From Spirochaetia bacterium (GTDB lineage Bacteria; Spirochaetota; Spirochaetia; SZUA-6; Bin103), in the NCBI GenBank assembly GCA_965203905.1, contig CBDBDQ010000005.1, positions 800,001 through 864,000 of the forward strand: 64,000 nt of DNA, in the 5' to 3' direction. The position numbers were made by a program, and so were the translations under genes. The notes below the pieces were generated by a model. The model saw nothing but the letters and a program-made list of their open reading frames with translations. It did no database searches and was not told where the DNA came from. Positions 10,095 through 18,337 of this stretch are shown piece after piece. Each line of letters starts with the position of its first letter. Position 1 is the stretch's first letter.

Positions 10095-11477
10095 ATGGCA
10101 CACTCATACGACGCGATTATCATCGGCACCGGCCAGGCCGGGCCCAGTCTCGCCGCGGAGCTGTCCGCCGCCGGCATGCGCACGGCGGTGATCGAGCGCC
10201 ACCGCTTCGGGGGCACCTGCGTCAACGTGGGGTGCATCCCCACCAAGGCGCTGGTGGCCAGCGCCCGCGCCGCCCACGTCGCCCGCCGCGCCGCCCACTT
10301 CGGGGTGGTGATCGGCGGCGATGTCGGCGTGGACATGGCGCGGGTGAAGAAGCGTAAGGACGCCATCGTGCGGCGCTCGGCTACCGGCGTGGAACGATGG
10401 CTGAAGTCGCTGGACAACTGCACCGTGTACCAGGGCCACGGGCGGTTCGACGGCGACCACCGGGTGCGGGTGGGCGAGAAGGTGCTGGAGGCGGAGCGGA
10501 TCTTCATCAACGTGGGCGCGCGCGCCTTCGTGCCGCCGTTTCCGGGTGTCGACGAGGTGGACTACCTGACCAACTCGACGATCATGGAGTTGGACACCCT
10601 GCCGCAGCACCTGCTGATCGTGGGCGGCGGCTACATCGGGCTGGAGTTCGCGCAGATGTTCCGCCGCTTCGGCAGCGAAGTGACGCTGATCGACCGCGGC
10701 GACCGGCTGATCAAGCGCGAGTCGCCGGATGTCTCGGCGGCGGTGGCGGCAATCCTGGAGGGCGAGGGAGTGCGGCTCCGGCTGGGGGCCGAGTGCCTCG
10801 GCTTCGAGCGCCGCGGGGCGGCGGTGGCGGCGACCCTGGAGTGCCACGACCAGGAGCCCGAGGTGGTTGGCTCACACCTGCTGCTGGCGGTGGGGCGGCG
10901 CCCCAACACCGACGACCTGGGGCTGGACACGACCGGCATCGAGGTGAACGCGCGCGGTCTCATCCAGGTCGACGACGCCCTGCAGACCGCCGTACCCGGC
11001 GTGTGGGCGCTCGGCGAGTGCAACGGCCGCGGCGCCTTCACCCACACCGCCTACCACGACTACGAGATCGTCGCCGGCAATCTGCTGCATGACGACCCGC
11101 GGCGGGTAAGCGACCGCATCGACTGCTATGCGCTGTACATCGACCCGCCGCTCGGCCGGGTCGGGATGACCGAGCCGCAGGTGCGCGCATCGGGCCGCCC
11201 GGCGCTGGTCGCCACCCGCCCCATGACCCGCGTCGGGCGCGCCGTGGAGAAGAGCGAAACGCAGGGCTTCATGAAGGTGCTGGTGGACGCGGAGACCGAG
11301 CGCATCCTCGGCGCCGCCATTCTCGGCGTCGGCGGCGACGAGGTCATCCACTCGATCCTGGACGTGATGTACGCCGACGCCCCCTACACCGTGATCCGCC
11401 GCGCCGTGCACATCCACCCCACCGTCGCCGAGCTGATCCCGACCATGCTCGCCGACCTCAAGCCGCTCGCACCATAG
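10095..11477 (+). CDS. FAD-dependent pyridine nucleotide-disulfide oxidoreductase (MerA/Lpd-like)
   Basis: IGTGQAG, GGTCVNVGCIPTK redox disulfide, GGGYIGLE, HPTVAE; lacks the MerA C-terminal CC. Confidence 0.9.
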   Translation: MAHSYDAIIIGTGQAGPSLAAELSAAGMRTAVIERHRFGGTCVNVGCIPTKALVASARAAHVARRAAHFGVVIGGDVGVDMARVKKRKDAIVRRSATGVERWLKSLDNCTVYQGHGRFDGDHRVRVGEKVLEAERIFINVGARAFVPPFPGVDEVDYLTNSTIMELDTLPQHLLIVGGGYIGLEFAQMFRRFGSEVTLIDRGDRLIKRESPDVSAAVAAILEGEGVRLRLGAECLGFERRGAAVAATLECHDQEPEVVGSHLLLAVGRRPNTDDLGLDTTGIEVNARGLIQVDDALQTAVPGVWALGECNGRGAFTHTAYHDYEIVAGNLLHDDPRRVSDRIDCYALYIDPPLGRVGMTEPQVRASGRPALVATRPMTRVGRAVEKSETQGFMKVLVDAETERILGAAILGVGGDEVIHSILDVMYADAPYTVIRRAVHIHPTVAELIPTMLADLKPLAP

Positions 11478-11552
11478 CGGGCGGCGGGTCGGAATCGCTC
11501 TGCAACGGTCAGATACGATGGCCGATGCCCGCGGCGGTGCCGACCAAGTCGA

Positions 11553-11771
11553 TCATCCAACGGTTACCGAGTCCGCTACCACGGTGGTGGGCTCCGGGAT
11601 CGGGTCTCCGGTTTCGCGCATGAATTGCAAGTGTGCCTTGATGGCTTCAGTCATGTTGCGCTTGGCGTCCTCAATGGTCTTGCCTGTGGCAATGCATCCC
11701 GGCAAGTCAGGAGCGTATGCGGAGCAGTTTCGTTCTCCGCTCTCGATGATGATGATGTACTTACGACTCAT
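11553..11771 (-). CDS. hicB: HicB family antitoxin (short form)
   Basis: AYAPDLPGCIATGKTIEDAKRNMTEAI…GDPIP. Confidence 0.9.
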   Translation of the reverse strand: MSRKYIIIIESGERNCSAYAPDLPGCIATGKTIEDAKRNMTEAIKAHLQFMRETGDPIPEPTTVVADSVTVG

Positions 11772-11971
11772 GACTCCTCCCCGTCGGGGTTGATGGTATT
11801 GAGAATGGATTCCCAGGTCTTGGGGTGCAGATCGTCGCTCGGTTTACCCGCGATGGTAAGCGTGCCGGGAGTGGACGGGTGCTTGAAATGGCGATGGCTG
11901 CCGGTCGTCCGAACATGTATCCAACCGGCTTCTCTGGCCATCTTGAGTGCATCCCTGACCTTCTGACTCAT
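11768..11971 (-). CDS. hicA: HicA family toxin
   Basis: GW…TGSHRHFKHP motif; ATGA overlap with hicB. Confidence 0.88.
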   Translation of the reverse strand: MSQKVRDALKMAREAGWIHVRTTGSHRHFKHPSTPGTLTIAGKPSDDLHPKTWESILNTINPDGEES

Positions 11972-12033
11972 TCCGGTAGCGTAGTCCGAAGACTACCGAA
12001 GTCGGCGGATTCCGCAAGCACCCTGGATTCGCA

Positions 12034-12346
12034 GGACGATAACGGAGGAGGTGGTGTGCGAGAGCGAGGCCCTGGCGGCCGCCCATGAAACCGCGCTGGG
12101 TCTGACGGAGACCGGCGTGCTGGCCAAGCGGACCATGAAGGTGTTCGACGATTCGTCCCCTGACGCCGGTCGAGGACTGGAGTCGCTGGACAACTGCATC
12201 GTGTACCAGCGCCATGGGCGGTTCGACGGCAGGACGTGATGTACGCCAACGCCCCCTACACCGTGATCCGCCGCGCGGTGCACATCCACCCCACCGTCGC
12301 CGAGCTGATCCCGACCATGCTGGCCGACCTCAAGCCACTGGGGTAA
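12034..12346 (+). repeat. Mosaic of diverged fragments of neighbouring genes (relE/HTH junction, then oxidoreductase middle and 3' end)
   Basis: 12034-12177 resembles 13279-13435; 12177-12230 resembles 10401-10454; 12232-12346 resembles 11360-11477. Confidence 0.9.
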
Positions 12347-12403
12347 GGCCGGCAGCCCTCATCGGAGCGGGGCGCGGTACGCAACGGCGGCAGGACCGGG
12401 CGT

Positions 12404-12830
12404 TCATTTGCCCAGAGACACCGGGCAGATCAGTCGTGACGATGGCGAAAATGGTTCCGTCAGGATCGCGCGCCGGGACCGAGCGCGTAACCATCCAGAT
12501 CTCACCGCCGCCCGCATCGAAGTAAGGCGGCGTCCAGATGCTCGCGTTTGCGGCCAGCGGCATCGTGATCGACTCCTGGGCCGCGATGTTGTAATCGGGC
12601 GCAGCAAGATCGAAAGCCCGGTAGCCTTCTGCGGTCCGATAGACGTACGGGCTCACCGTGACGCCGTTTGCTTCATCCAACAGTGCGGGCGGGCCACCAG
12701 GTACGTCTGCAGACGCTCGACGTATGCTGCCGAGTCGGCAGGTCGTTCCGCCATCAACTCCGCCACCAGCGTATCGAGGGCGGCAACCACAGCGTTCCGC
12801 AGCCCGCCGCCTCGTGGCGGCGATTCCGAG
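12404..12830 (-). pseudogene. Cache/PDC sensor domain remnant, frameshifted
   Basis: SPYVYR…WTPPYFDAGGGEIWMVTRSVP…FAIVTTDL is dCache-like; N-terminal half in another frame; no clear start. Confidence 0.65.
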
Positions 12831-12877
12831 CACCTCGAGCGGGCTGCGGCACCGCGCGCAACGGAGTGCGGATTGAT

Positions 12878-12902
12878 TGATATAGCACTGAGTGCTATAT
12901 CA
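12878..12902. promoter_or_regulatory. Perfect 12-bp inverted repeat, probable operator of the relE-HTH module
   Basis: tgatatagcact-g-agtgctatatca, AT-rich, 13 bp before the toxin ATG. Confidence 0.7.
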
Positions 12903-12915
12903 TATCGCTGGCGGG

Positions 12916-13311
12916 ATGGCGCAAACGGGGTTCGGGCCGGGTACATTCAAAACCAAACCGTTTATGCGTTTCGCCAGACGTGAGGGCATATCGGATGCAG
13001 CCCTCTGCGATGCCGCCCGTCGCGCCGGTCGAGGTCAGGTAGATTCCGACCTCGGTGGAGGCGTCATCAAGCAGCGTATCGCTCGCCAGGGACAGGGCAG
13101 GTCCGGCGGCTTCCGAGCGATCGTGTTGTTCCGCCGAGACGAGCGGTTGTTCTTCGTCTACGGGTTCGCGAAGAGCGGCCGGGACAATCTCCGCCGGGAC
13201 GAACTCAAGGCGTTCCGGCTGCTGGCGGAGCAGATGCTTGGAATGGAGGAGACCGGCCTGCGTGCGGCGCTCGCGAATGGGACGATAGCGGAGGTGGTGT
13301 GCAATGAATGA
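12916..13311 (+). CDS. RelE/ParE superfamily toxin (toxin-first, HigB-like arrangement)
   Basis: FKTKPFMRFAR…DLGGGVIKQRIAR…GRSGGFR…FVYGFAKS. Confidence 0.85.
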   Translation: MAQTGFGPGTFKTKPFMRFARREGISDAALCDAARRAGRGQVDSDLGGGVIKQRIARQGQGRSGGFRAIVLFRRDERLFFVYGFAKSGRDNLRRDELKAFRLLAEQMLGMEETGLRAALANGTIAEVVCNE

Positions 13312-13621
13312 ACAGTACAAGAGCGAAGCTCTTGCGGCGGTCCATGAAACGGCGCTGAGTTTGACCGATGCCGGCGTGATGGCCAAGCGGACCATGAAGG
13401 TGTTCGACGAGATGTGCCTGACGCCGGTCGAGGACATGGCACCGGAGAAAATCCGCGAAATCCGACTGCGCGAAAACGCGAGCCAAGCGGTGTTTGCCCG
13501 CTATCTCAACGTGACCGCGGGTCTGGTGAGCCAGTGGGAGCGCGGCGAGAAGCGGCCACGCGGCGCTTCGCTGAAACTCCTGACGCTGGTCGCCAAGAAC
13601 GGTCTCGGGTCGGTCGCTTGA
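13304..13621 (+). CDS. Xre/HTH antitoxin
   Basis: IREIRLRENASQAVFARYLNVTAGLVSQWERGEKRPRGASLKLL. Confidence 0.88.
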   Translation: MNEQYKSEALAAVHETALSLTDAGVMAKRTMKVFDEMCLTPVEDMAPEKIREIRLRENASQAVFARYLNVTAGLVSQWERGEKRPRGASLKLLTLVAKNGLGSVA

Positions 13622-14099
13622 AAGGCGTGGAGGCAGGCCCCAACCGCGTTTCTACGCTTTCTAAACGACACCGTCCGCTGCGCTTGATTGCCCCGGCCTC
13701 AGAATGGCCGCCCCTGCATACCATGGCACCGTGAACTTCTCCCCGATCGGCTAACCGACGAGTCGCGCATTCGGGGCCGGGTGAGCGAGGTTCGCGCGAG
13801 CGAGATCGGGCGCCGACCATCAGGACGCCAGGAGCGGCGTGGCTGTGGCAGCGCCGATCTCGCTCGTGCGGCGGTACCGTTGCGTTGCCGGCCGGCGCCG
13901 ACCGAGGCGCCGGGCCCACTCCTACTGGTACAGACCCACCAGGTAGTCGTTCATCTGGCGAATGAAGGTTCATGGTCTCTGCCGGTTCACCCGCGACTCT
14001 CGTCGAAGTTCCGCGGGAAGGGTACCACGGTGGGACGTGCGAAGTCATCGCAGAGTTCCGTAGTGCATCAAGCCGCCAAGTAACCGGCTGTCGCATGGC

Positions 14100-14837
14100 T
14101 TAGCGCAGGCGGAAGTCGTTGCGGCCGGAGAGGTCGGTGCCGCGCATCAGGAACACGGTGCGCTGCGCGTCGACGGGGTTGTCGCGGAAGTCGTGGTGGT
14201 AGACGGACGACGTCGGCATGAAGCGGAGCGTCATGCCGCGCCGCGGACGGCCGGAGGTGTTGGGTTCCGAACCGTGCATCAGGTAGACGTCGTGGAGCGA
14301 GATCTGGCCCGGCTGCAGTTCGACGTCGACCGCTTTCGATTCGTCGACGTGCTCGGCGTCCAGTTCCAGGGGGAGCGCGTTGCCCTCGGCGTCGTTGTGG
14401 TGGTGGCTGGCCAGCGTCCTGCTGCGGTGGGTACCCGGCAGGAAGCGCAGGCAGCCGTTCTCGCGGGTCGAGGCGTCCAGCGCGATCCAGACCGTGCAGG
14501 TGGCCAGCGGACGGATCGGCCAGTATTCGCCGTCCTGGTGCCACGGCGTGCGCGTGCCCACCCTGGCAGGCTTGGCGAACAGGCTCGAGTTCCACAGCGC
14601 GAGGTCCGGCCCGATGAGCTGCGCCACCAAGTCCAGGAGGGCGGGATTGCGGGCGTAATTCAGGAAGCACAGGTCGTGCACGAGCAGGGAGCTGCAGTAG
14701 TCCGAGAACTCGGGGTGGCGGGCGATCAGCCGCGCGTGGTCGGCCTTGATCGCCTCGATCGTCTCGCTCGGCAGACGGAAGTCGGGGACGACGTAGCCAT
14801 CGCGCCCGTACCGTTCGACATCAACCGGCGACAGCAT
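14100..14837 (-). CDS. Phytanoyl-CoA dioxygenase family (Fe/2OG) protein
   Basis: YGRDGY, PWHQD, VWIALD…ENGCLRFLPGTH, HGSEPN…RR. Confidence 0.9.
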   Translation of the reverse strand: MLSPVDVERYGRDGYVVPDFRLPSETIEAIKADHARLIARHPEFSDYCSSLLVHDLCFLNYARNPALLDLVAQLIGPDLALWNSSLFAKPARVGTRTPWHQDGEYWPIRPLATCTVWIALDASTRENGCLRFLPGTHRSRTLASHHHNDAEGNALPLELDAEHVDESKAVDVELQPGQISLHDVYLMHGSEPNTSGRPRRGMTLRFMPTSSVYHHDFRDNPVDAQRTVFLMRGTDLSGRNDFRLR

Positions 14838-15126
14838 CGTTGCGCAGGTGGCGCTCGCCGAACGCCTGGTAGTGGTGCAGCAGCCGCTGCACCAGCGGGG
14901 CCGCCGCCGGCGCCGCTCGACATTCCTGCCGCGCTCGGCCATGGAGGTCCCGGAGCAACGGCTCCCAGGAGCGGTCCTCCGCGGGCAGCCGCGCGATCTC
15001 CGCGCATTGGCGGGCGCAGGAGAGCATCACGATGGAAACCGCCGTGGCGACCGATTGCGGCGCGATCTTGGCGGCCTGCTCCAGGTAGGAGCTGAACGCC
15101 GCCAATTCCCTTGACACATCTGACAT
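14821..15126 (-). CDS. Hypothetical protein (101 aa, helical)
   Basis: ATG start, overlaps dioxygenase start, fills the gap; no motif recognised. Confidence 0.5.
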   Translation of the reverse strand: MSDVSRELAAFSSYLEQAAKIAPQSVATAVSIVMLSCARQCAEIARLPAEDRSWEPLLRDLHGRARQECRAAPAAAPLVQRLLHHYQAFGERHLRNDAVAG

Positions 15127-15173
15127 GCACCCAATGCTGAACGTCAGCGCTCCCGCGTCAAGGGCGTGGTAGG

Positions 15174-16154
15174 ATGGCGCCCGTGTATCAACAGGAAGGG
15201 TACGACATCGGCGATGCGTGGTACTACGCCGAGGGCGACACGGTGCACCTGTTCTGCCTGCTCGGCACCGGCGGCAGGGGCGACATCGCCCACCTGGTGA
15301 GCCGCGACCTGCGCCACTGGGAGAGCGCCGGCTTTGCCCTGCGGCGGGGCGCGGCCGGTGCCTGGGACGACCTGCGCCTGGCTACCGGCAGCGTCATCCG
15401 CCACCAGGGGACCTACTGGATGGCCTATACCGGTCACCACTCGGGCGACGATCCGATGGTGCAGCGGGTGGGCATGGCAAGCTCCGCCGACCTGCACCGC
15501 TGGACCAAGCTGGCGGAGAACCCGGTCAGCGAAGCGAGCGCGAGCCACTACGAGCTGATGGCCACCGGCAAGCGCCCCAAGGTGCACTGGCGCGACCCGT
15601 TCCTGCTGCCGGCAGACGCTACGCTGGGCACCGACGCCGGCGTGCTGCAACTCATCACCGCGCGGCGCAAGGACGGCCCGGTGACCTCGCGCGGCACCGT
15701 GGCGGTGACGCGGTCGCGCGACCTGCGGAACTGGGAGGTGTTGCCGCCGCTACGCCACGACCGCATGGCGGAAGAGATGGAGGTGCCGCAGGTCTACCCC
15801 ATCGGTGGCCGCTGGTACCTGCTGTTCTGCACCTGCTCCGGACACGAGCGCATCCCGGACCTGCTCGACCCGGCGTTCAAGCGCCGCTTCCCCGGCCACC
15901 GCTTCCGTTGCACCGACTACAGCATGGTGGGCGACTCCCCGCTCGGACCGTTCCGCATCCACGGCACCGGCGAGGTTTTTTCAGAGGCACCGGCGCCCTG
16001 GTGCTATGCCAGTCAACTGGTCAACTTCAAGGGTGAGTGGTTCCTGCTGGCGACGCTGGGCGATGCGCGCGGCAGCATGATCTCCGACCCCTACCCCATC
16101 GTCGCCGACGAAACCGGCCTTCACGTGCCACGGGACGCCATCCGGTCCACGTAA
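15174..16154 (+). CDS. Five-bladed beta-propeller glycoside hydrolase (GH32/GH68 clan-like)
   Basis: GDAWY, ATGSV, WRDPF and EMEVPQ motifs. Confidence 0.75.
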   Translation: MAPVYQQEGYDIGDAWYYAEGDTVHLFCLLGTGGRGDIAHLVSRDLRHWESAGFALRRGAAGAWDDLRLATGSVIRHQGTYWMAYTGHHSGDDPMVQRVGMASSADLHRWTKLAENPVSEASASHYELMATGKRPKVHWRDPFLLPADATLGTDAGVLQLITARRKDGPVTSRGTVAVTRSRDLRNWEVLPPLRHDRMAEEMEVPQVYPIGGRWYLLFCTCSGHERIPDLLDPAFKRRFPGHRFRCTDYSMVGDSPLGPFRIHGTGEVFSEAPAPWCYASQLVNFKGEWFLLATLGDARGSMISDPYPIVADETGLHVPRDAIRST

Positions 16155-16157
16155 CCG

Positions 16158-17285
16158 TCACAACTGCTTGTAGGGGTCGGCGGCATCGCGCAGCCCGTCG
16201 CCCACGAAGTTGAACGCCAGCACGGCCACCACCACCGCGGTCGACGGCAGCAGCAGCCACGGGTGCAGCGCCACGGTCCTGATGTTCTGCGCCTCGCTCA
16301 GCAGCACGCCCCAGCTCAAGGTGGGTGGCCGCAGGCCGAGTCCGAGGAAGCTGAGCCCGGTCTCGCCCAGGATCATGCCGGGGACCGCCAGCGTGACGCG
16401 CACGATCAGGTAGCTCAGAAAGCCGGGCAGCAGGTGGCGGCCGATGATGCTGGAGTCGCTGCGCCCTGCCACCTTCGCCGCCAGCACGTAGTCGTCGGTC
16501 TTCAGGCTCATCAGCTTGCCGCGCACCACGCGCGCCAGCCCGGTCCAGTTGCTCAGCGACAGGATGACCGTGATCGCAAAGTAGATCCTGATCTGCGGCC
16601 ACTCGCGCGGCAGGGCCGCCGACAACGCCATCCACAACGGCAGCGTCGGGATCGACATGATGAACTCGATGATCCGCTGGATCACGGTATCCACCCGGCC
16701 GCCGAAGTATCCGGAAATCCCCCCGAGCAGACAGCCCAGCAGGAACGTGATCGCCACCCCGACCAGTCCGATGGTGAGCGAGATGCGGGAGGCGAAGATG
16801 GTGCGGCTGAACACGTCCCGGCCCAGGTCGTCGGTCCCGAACAGGAACAGGTGCGCCGGCTCCGCCACACCGACGAGATGGATGTCGGAGCGAATGATCC
16901 CCAGCAGCCGGTACTCGTCACCGCGGGCAAAGAACCGCAGGTAGTGGCGCTCGCTGGGATCCTCCTGGAACACGATGCGGAGGGTCCTCGGATCGCGCGC
17001 ACCGACCACCGGGTGCACGAACGGCCGCAGGCTGATTCCCCCCGCGTCGGCCAACCGCACCCGCACCGGCGGGGCATCCTGGAAGGCGTCGAAGTAGCGG
17101 TGCGGATCATACAGGGTCAGGAAGGGCGCGAATATGGCGGCGAAGTAGAAGCACGCCAGCACCCCACCCCCGAGCACGGCCAGCCGGTGGCGCCGCAGCT
17201 TGCGCCACATCAGTTGCCACTGGGACGCCGTATAGAAATCGAGCTCCCGCTGGGGCGAGGATCGCATAACCGCCGGCTCGCTCAT
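16158..17285 (-). CDS. ABC transporter permease, DppC family
   Basis: GTDDLGRDVFSR, FNFVGDGLRDAADPYK; ATG overlaps dppB-like stop. Confidence 0.92.
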   Translation of the reverse strand: MSEPAVMRSSPQRELDFYTASQWQLMWRKLRRHRLAVLGGGVLACFYFAAIFAPFLTLYDPHRYFDAFQDAPPVRVRLADAGGISLRPFVHPVVGARDPRTLRIVFQEDPSERHYLRFFARGDEYRLLGIIRSDIHLVGVAEPAHLFLFGTDDLGRDVFSRTIFASRISLTIGLVGVAITFLLGCLLGGISGYFGGRVDTVIQRIIEFIMSIPTLPLWMALSAALPREWPQIRIYFAITVILSLSNWTGLARVVRGKLMSLKTDDYVLAAKVAGRSDSSIIGRHLLPGFLSYLIVRVTLAVPGMILGETGLSFLGLGLRPPTLSWGVLLSEAQNIRTVALHPWLLLPSTAVVVAVLAFNFVGDGLRDAADPYKQL

Positions 17286-18268
17286 TCGAATCGAATCCTC
17301 GGGTCCGACCAGACCAGGAGCAGGTCCGAGACGAAGGTCCCCACCAGGGTCAGGAAGGTGAGGATCAGCACCACGCTGCCGGCCAGGTACATGTCCTGCG
17401 ACAGCAGCGACCCCAGCAGCAGGGGGCCGATCGTGGGCAGGCTCATCACCACCGAGACGATCGCATCGCCCGAGACGATCTCCGGCAACAGCCACCCCAC
17501 CGTGCTGATCTGCGGGTTGAGCGCGACCCGGACCGGATAGCGGAACAGCAGCCGCGTCTCGGCCACCCCCTTGGCGCGCGCGGTCACCACGTAGGCCTTG
17601 TGCAGCTCGTCCAGCAGGGTCGCCCGCATGCTCCGGATCAGGCCCGCGGTACCGGCCGTTCCGATCACCACCACCGGCACGATGAGGTGCCCGAGCAGAT
17701 CCACCAGCTTGCCGAGGCTCCACGACGCCTGCGCGTACTCGTAGGAGAACAGCCCGCCGGGCGTGATGCCGAACAGCCTCAGCAGCACGAACATCAGCAC
17801 CAGCGCGAGCAGGAAGTTGGGCGTGGCCAGCCCCAGGAAGCCGAACACGGTGGCCGAGTAGTCACCCACCGAGTACTGGTGCGTGGCGACGTAGATCCCG
17901 ATCGGGATGGCCAGGGCGAAGGTGAACAGCAGGGTCGCCGACGACAGCACCACCGAGAACGGCAGGCGCACGGCGATGAGATCCCCGATCGGCCGGTTGA
18001 ACTGAAACGAATGGCCGAAGTCGCCGCGCAGAACGATGCCGCGCATCCAGGTGAGGTACTGGCCGTGCAGCGGCTGGTCCAGGCCGTAGCGCCGGGTAAG
18101 GTCGGCCAGCTCGGCCTGGTCGACCAACTCCCCGCTCGCCTCCAGTTCCTCCACCAGGCGATCGAGGTAGTTGCCCGGCGGCAGGTTGATCAGGACGAAC
18201 GCGAACACGGACACCAGCGCCATCATGATCACCATGTAGAGCGCACGACGCGCGATGTACTTCAGCAT
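17282..18268 (-). CDS. ABC transporter permease, DppB family
   Basis: MLKYIARR, YVVTARAKG, SDPRIRFE. Confidence 0.92.
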   Translation of the reverse strand: MLKYIARRALYMVIMMALVSVFAFVLINLPPGNYLDRLVEELEASGELVDQAELADLTRRYGLDQPLHGQYLTWMRGIVLRGDFGHSFQFNRPIGDLIAVRLPFSVVLSSATLLFTFALAIPIGIYVATHQYSVGDYSATVFGFLGLATPNFLLALVLMFVLLRLFGITPGGLFSYEYAQASWSLGKLVDLLGHLIVPVVVIGTAGTAGLIRSMRATLLDELHKAYVVTARAKGVAETRLLFRYPVRVALNPQISTVGWLLPEIVSGDAIVSVVMSLPTIGPLLLGSLLSQDMYLAGSVVLILTFLTLVGTFVSDLLLVWSDPRIRFE

Positions 18269-18275
18269 TAGCCGT

Positions 18276-18329
18276 GTGCCCTGCGGGCACTGCCGAAACG
18301 AGGCGCCCGGGGCCGGGCCGGACGCCTCG
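18276..18329 (-). other. Two intercistronic hairpins downstream of the SBP (second copy about 20521-20574)
   Basis: gtgccc-tgc-gggcac and cgaggcg…cgcctcg stems kept in both units while the second loop differs. Confidence 0.55.
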
Positions 18330-18337
18330 CTTCGCCG

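Noticed and set aside
10095-11477. Mercuric reductase merA
   Set aside because: No C-terminal Cys-Cys, no NmerA domain and no mer genes nearby
12051-12239. 62-aa chimeric ORF as a new gene
   Set aside because: Arises from fused remnants; no evidence of function
11360-12346. Diversity-generating retroelement TR/VR pair (gene 3' end repeated downstream)
   Set aside because: Mismatches are not restricted to adenines (several C/G synonymous changes) and no reverse transcriptase is present; the same holds for 53458/55290
11360-12346. attL/attR of an integrative element
   Set aside because: No integrase; the copy includes an internal gene fragment and is diverged rather than an identical core
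13830-13960. DUF559/Vsr-like endonuclease remnant (AWLWQRR…)
   Set aside because: Resemblance limited to a few residues; not supportable
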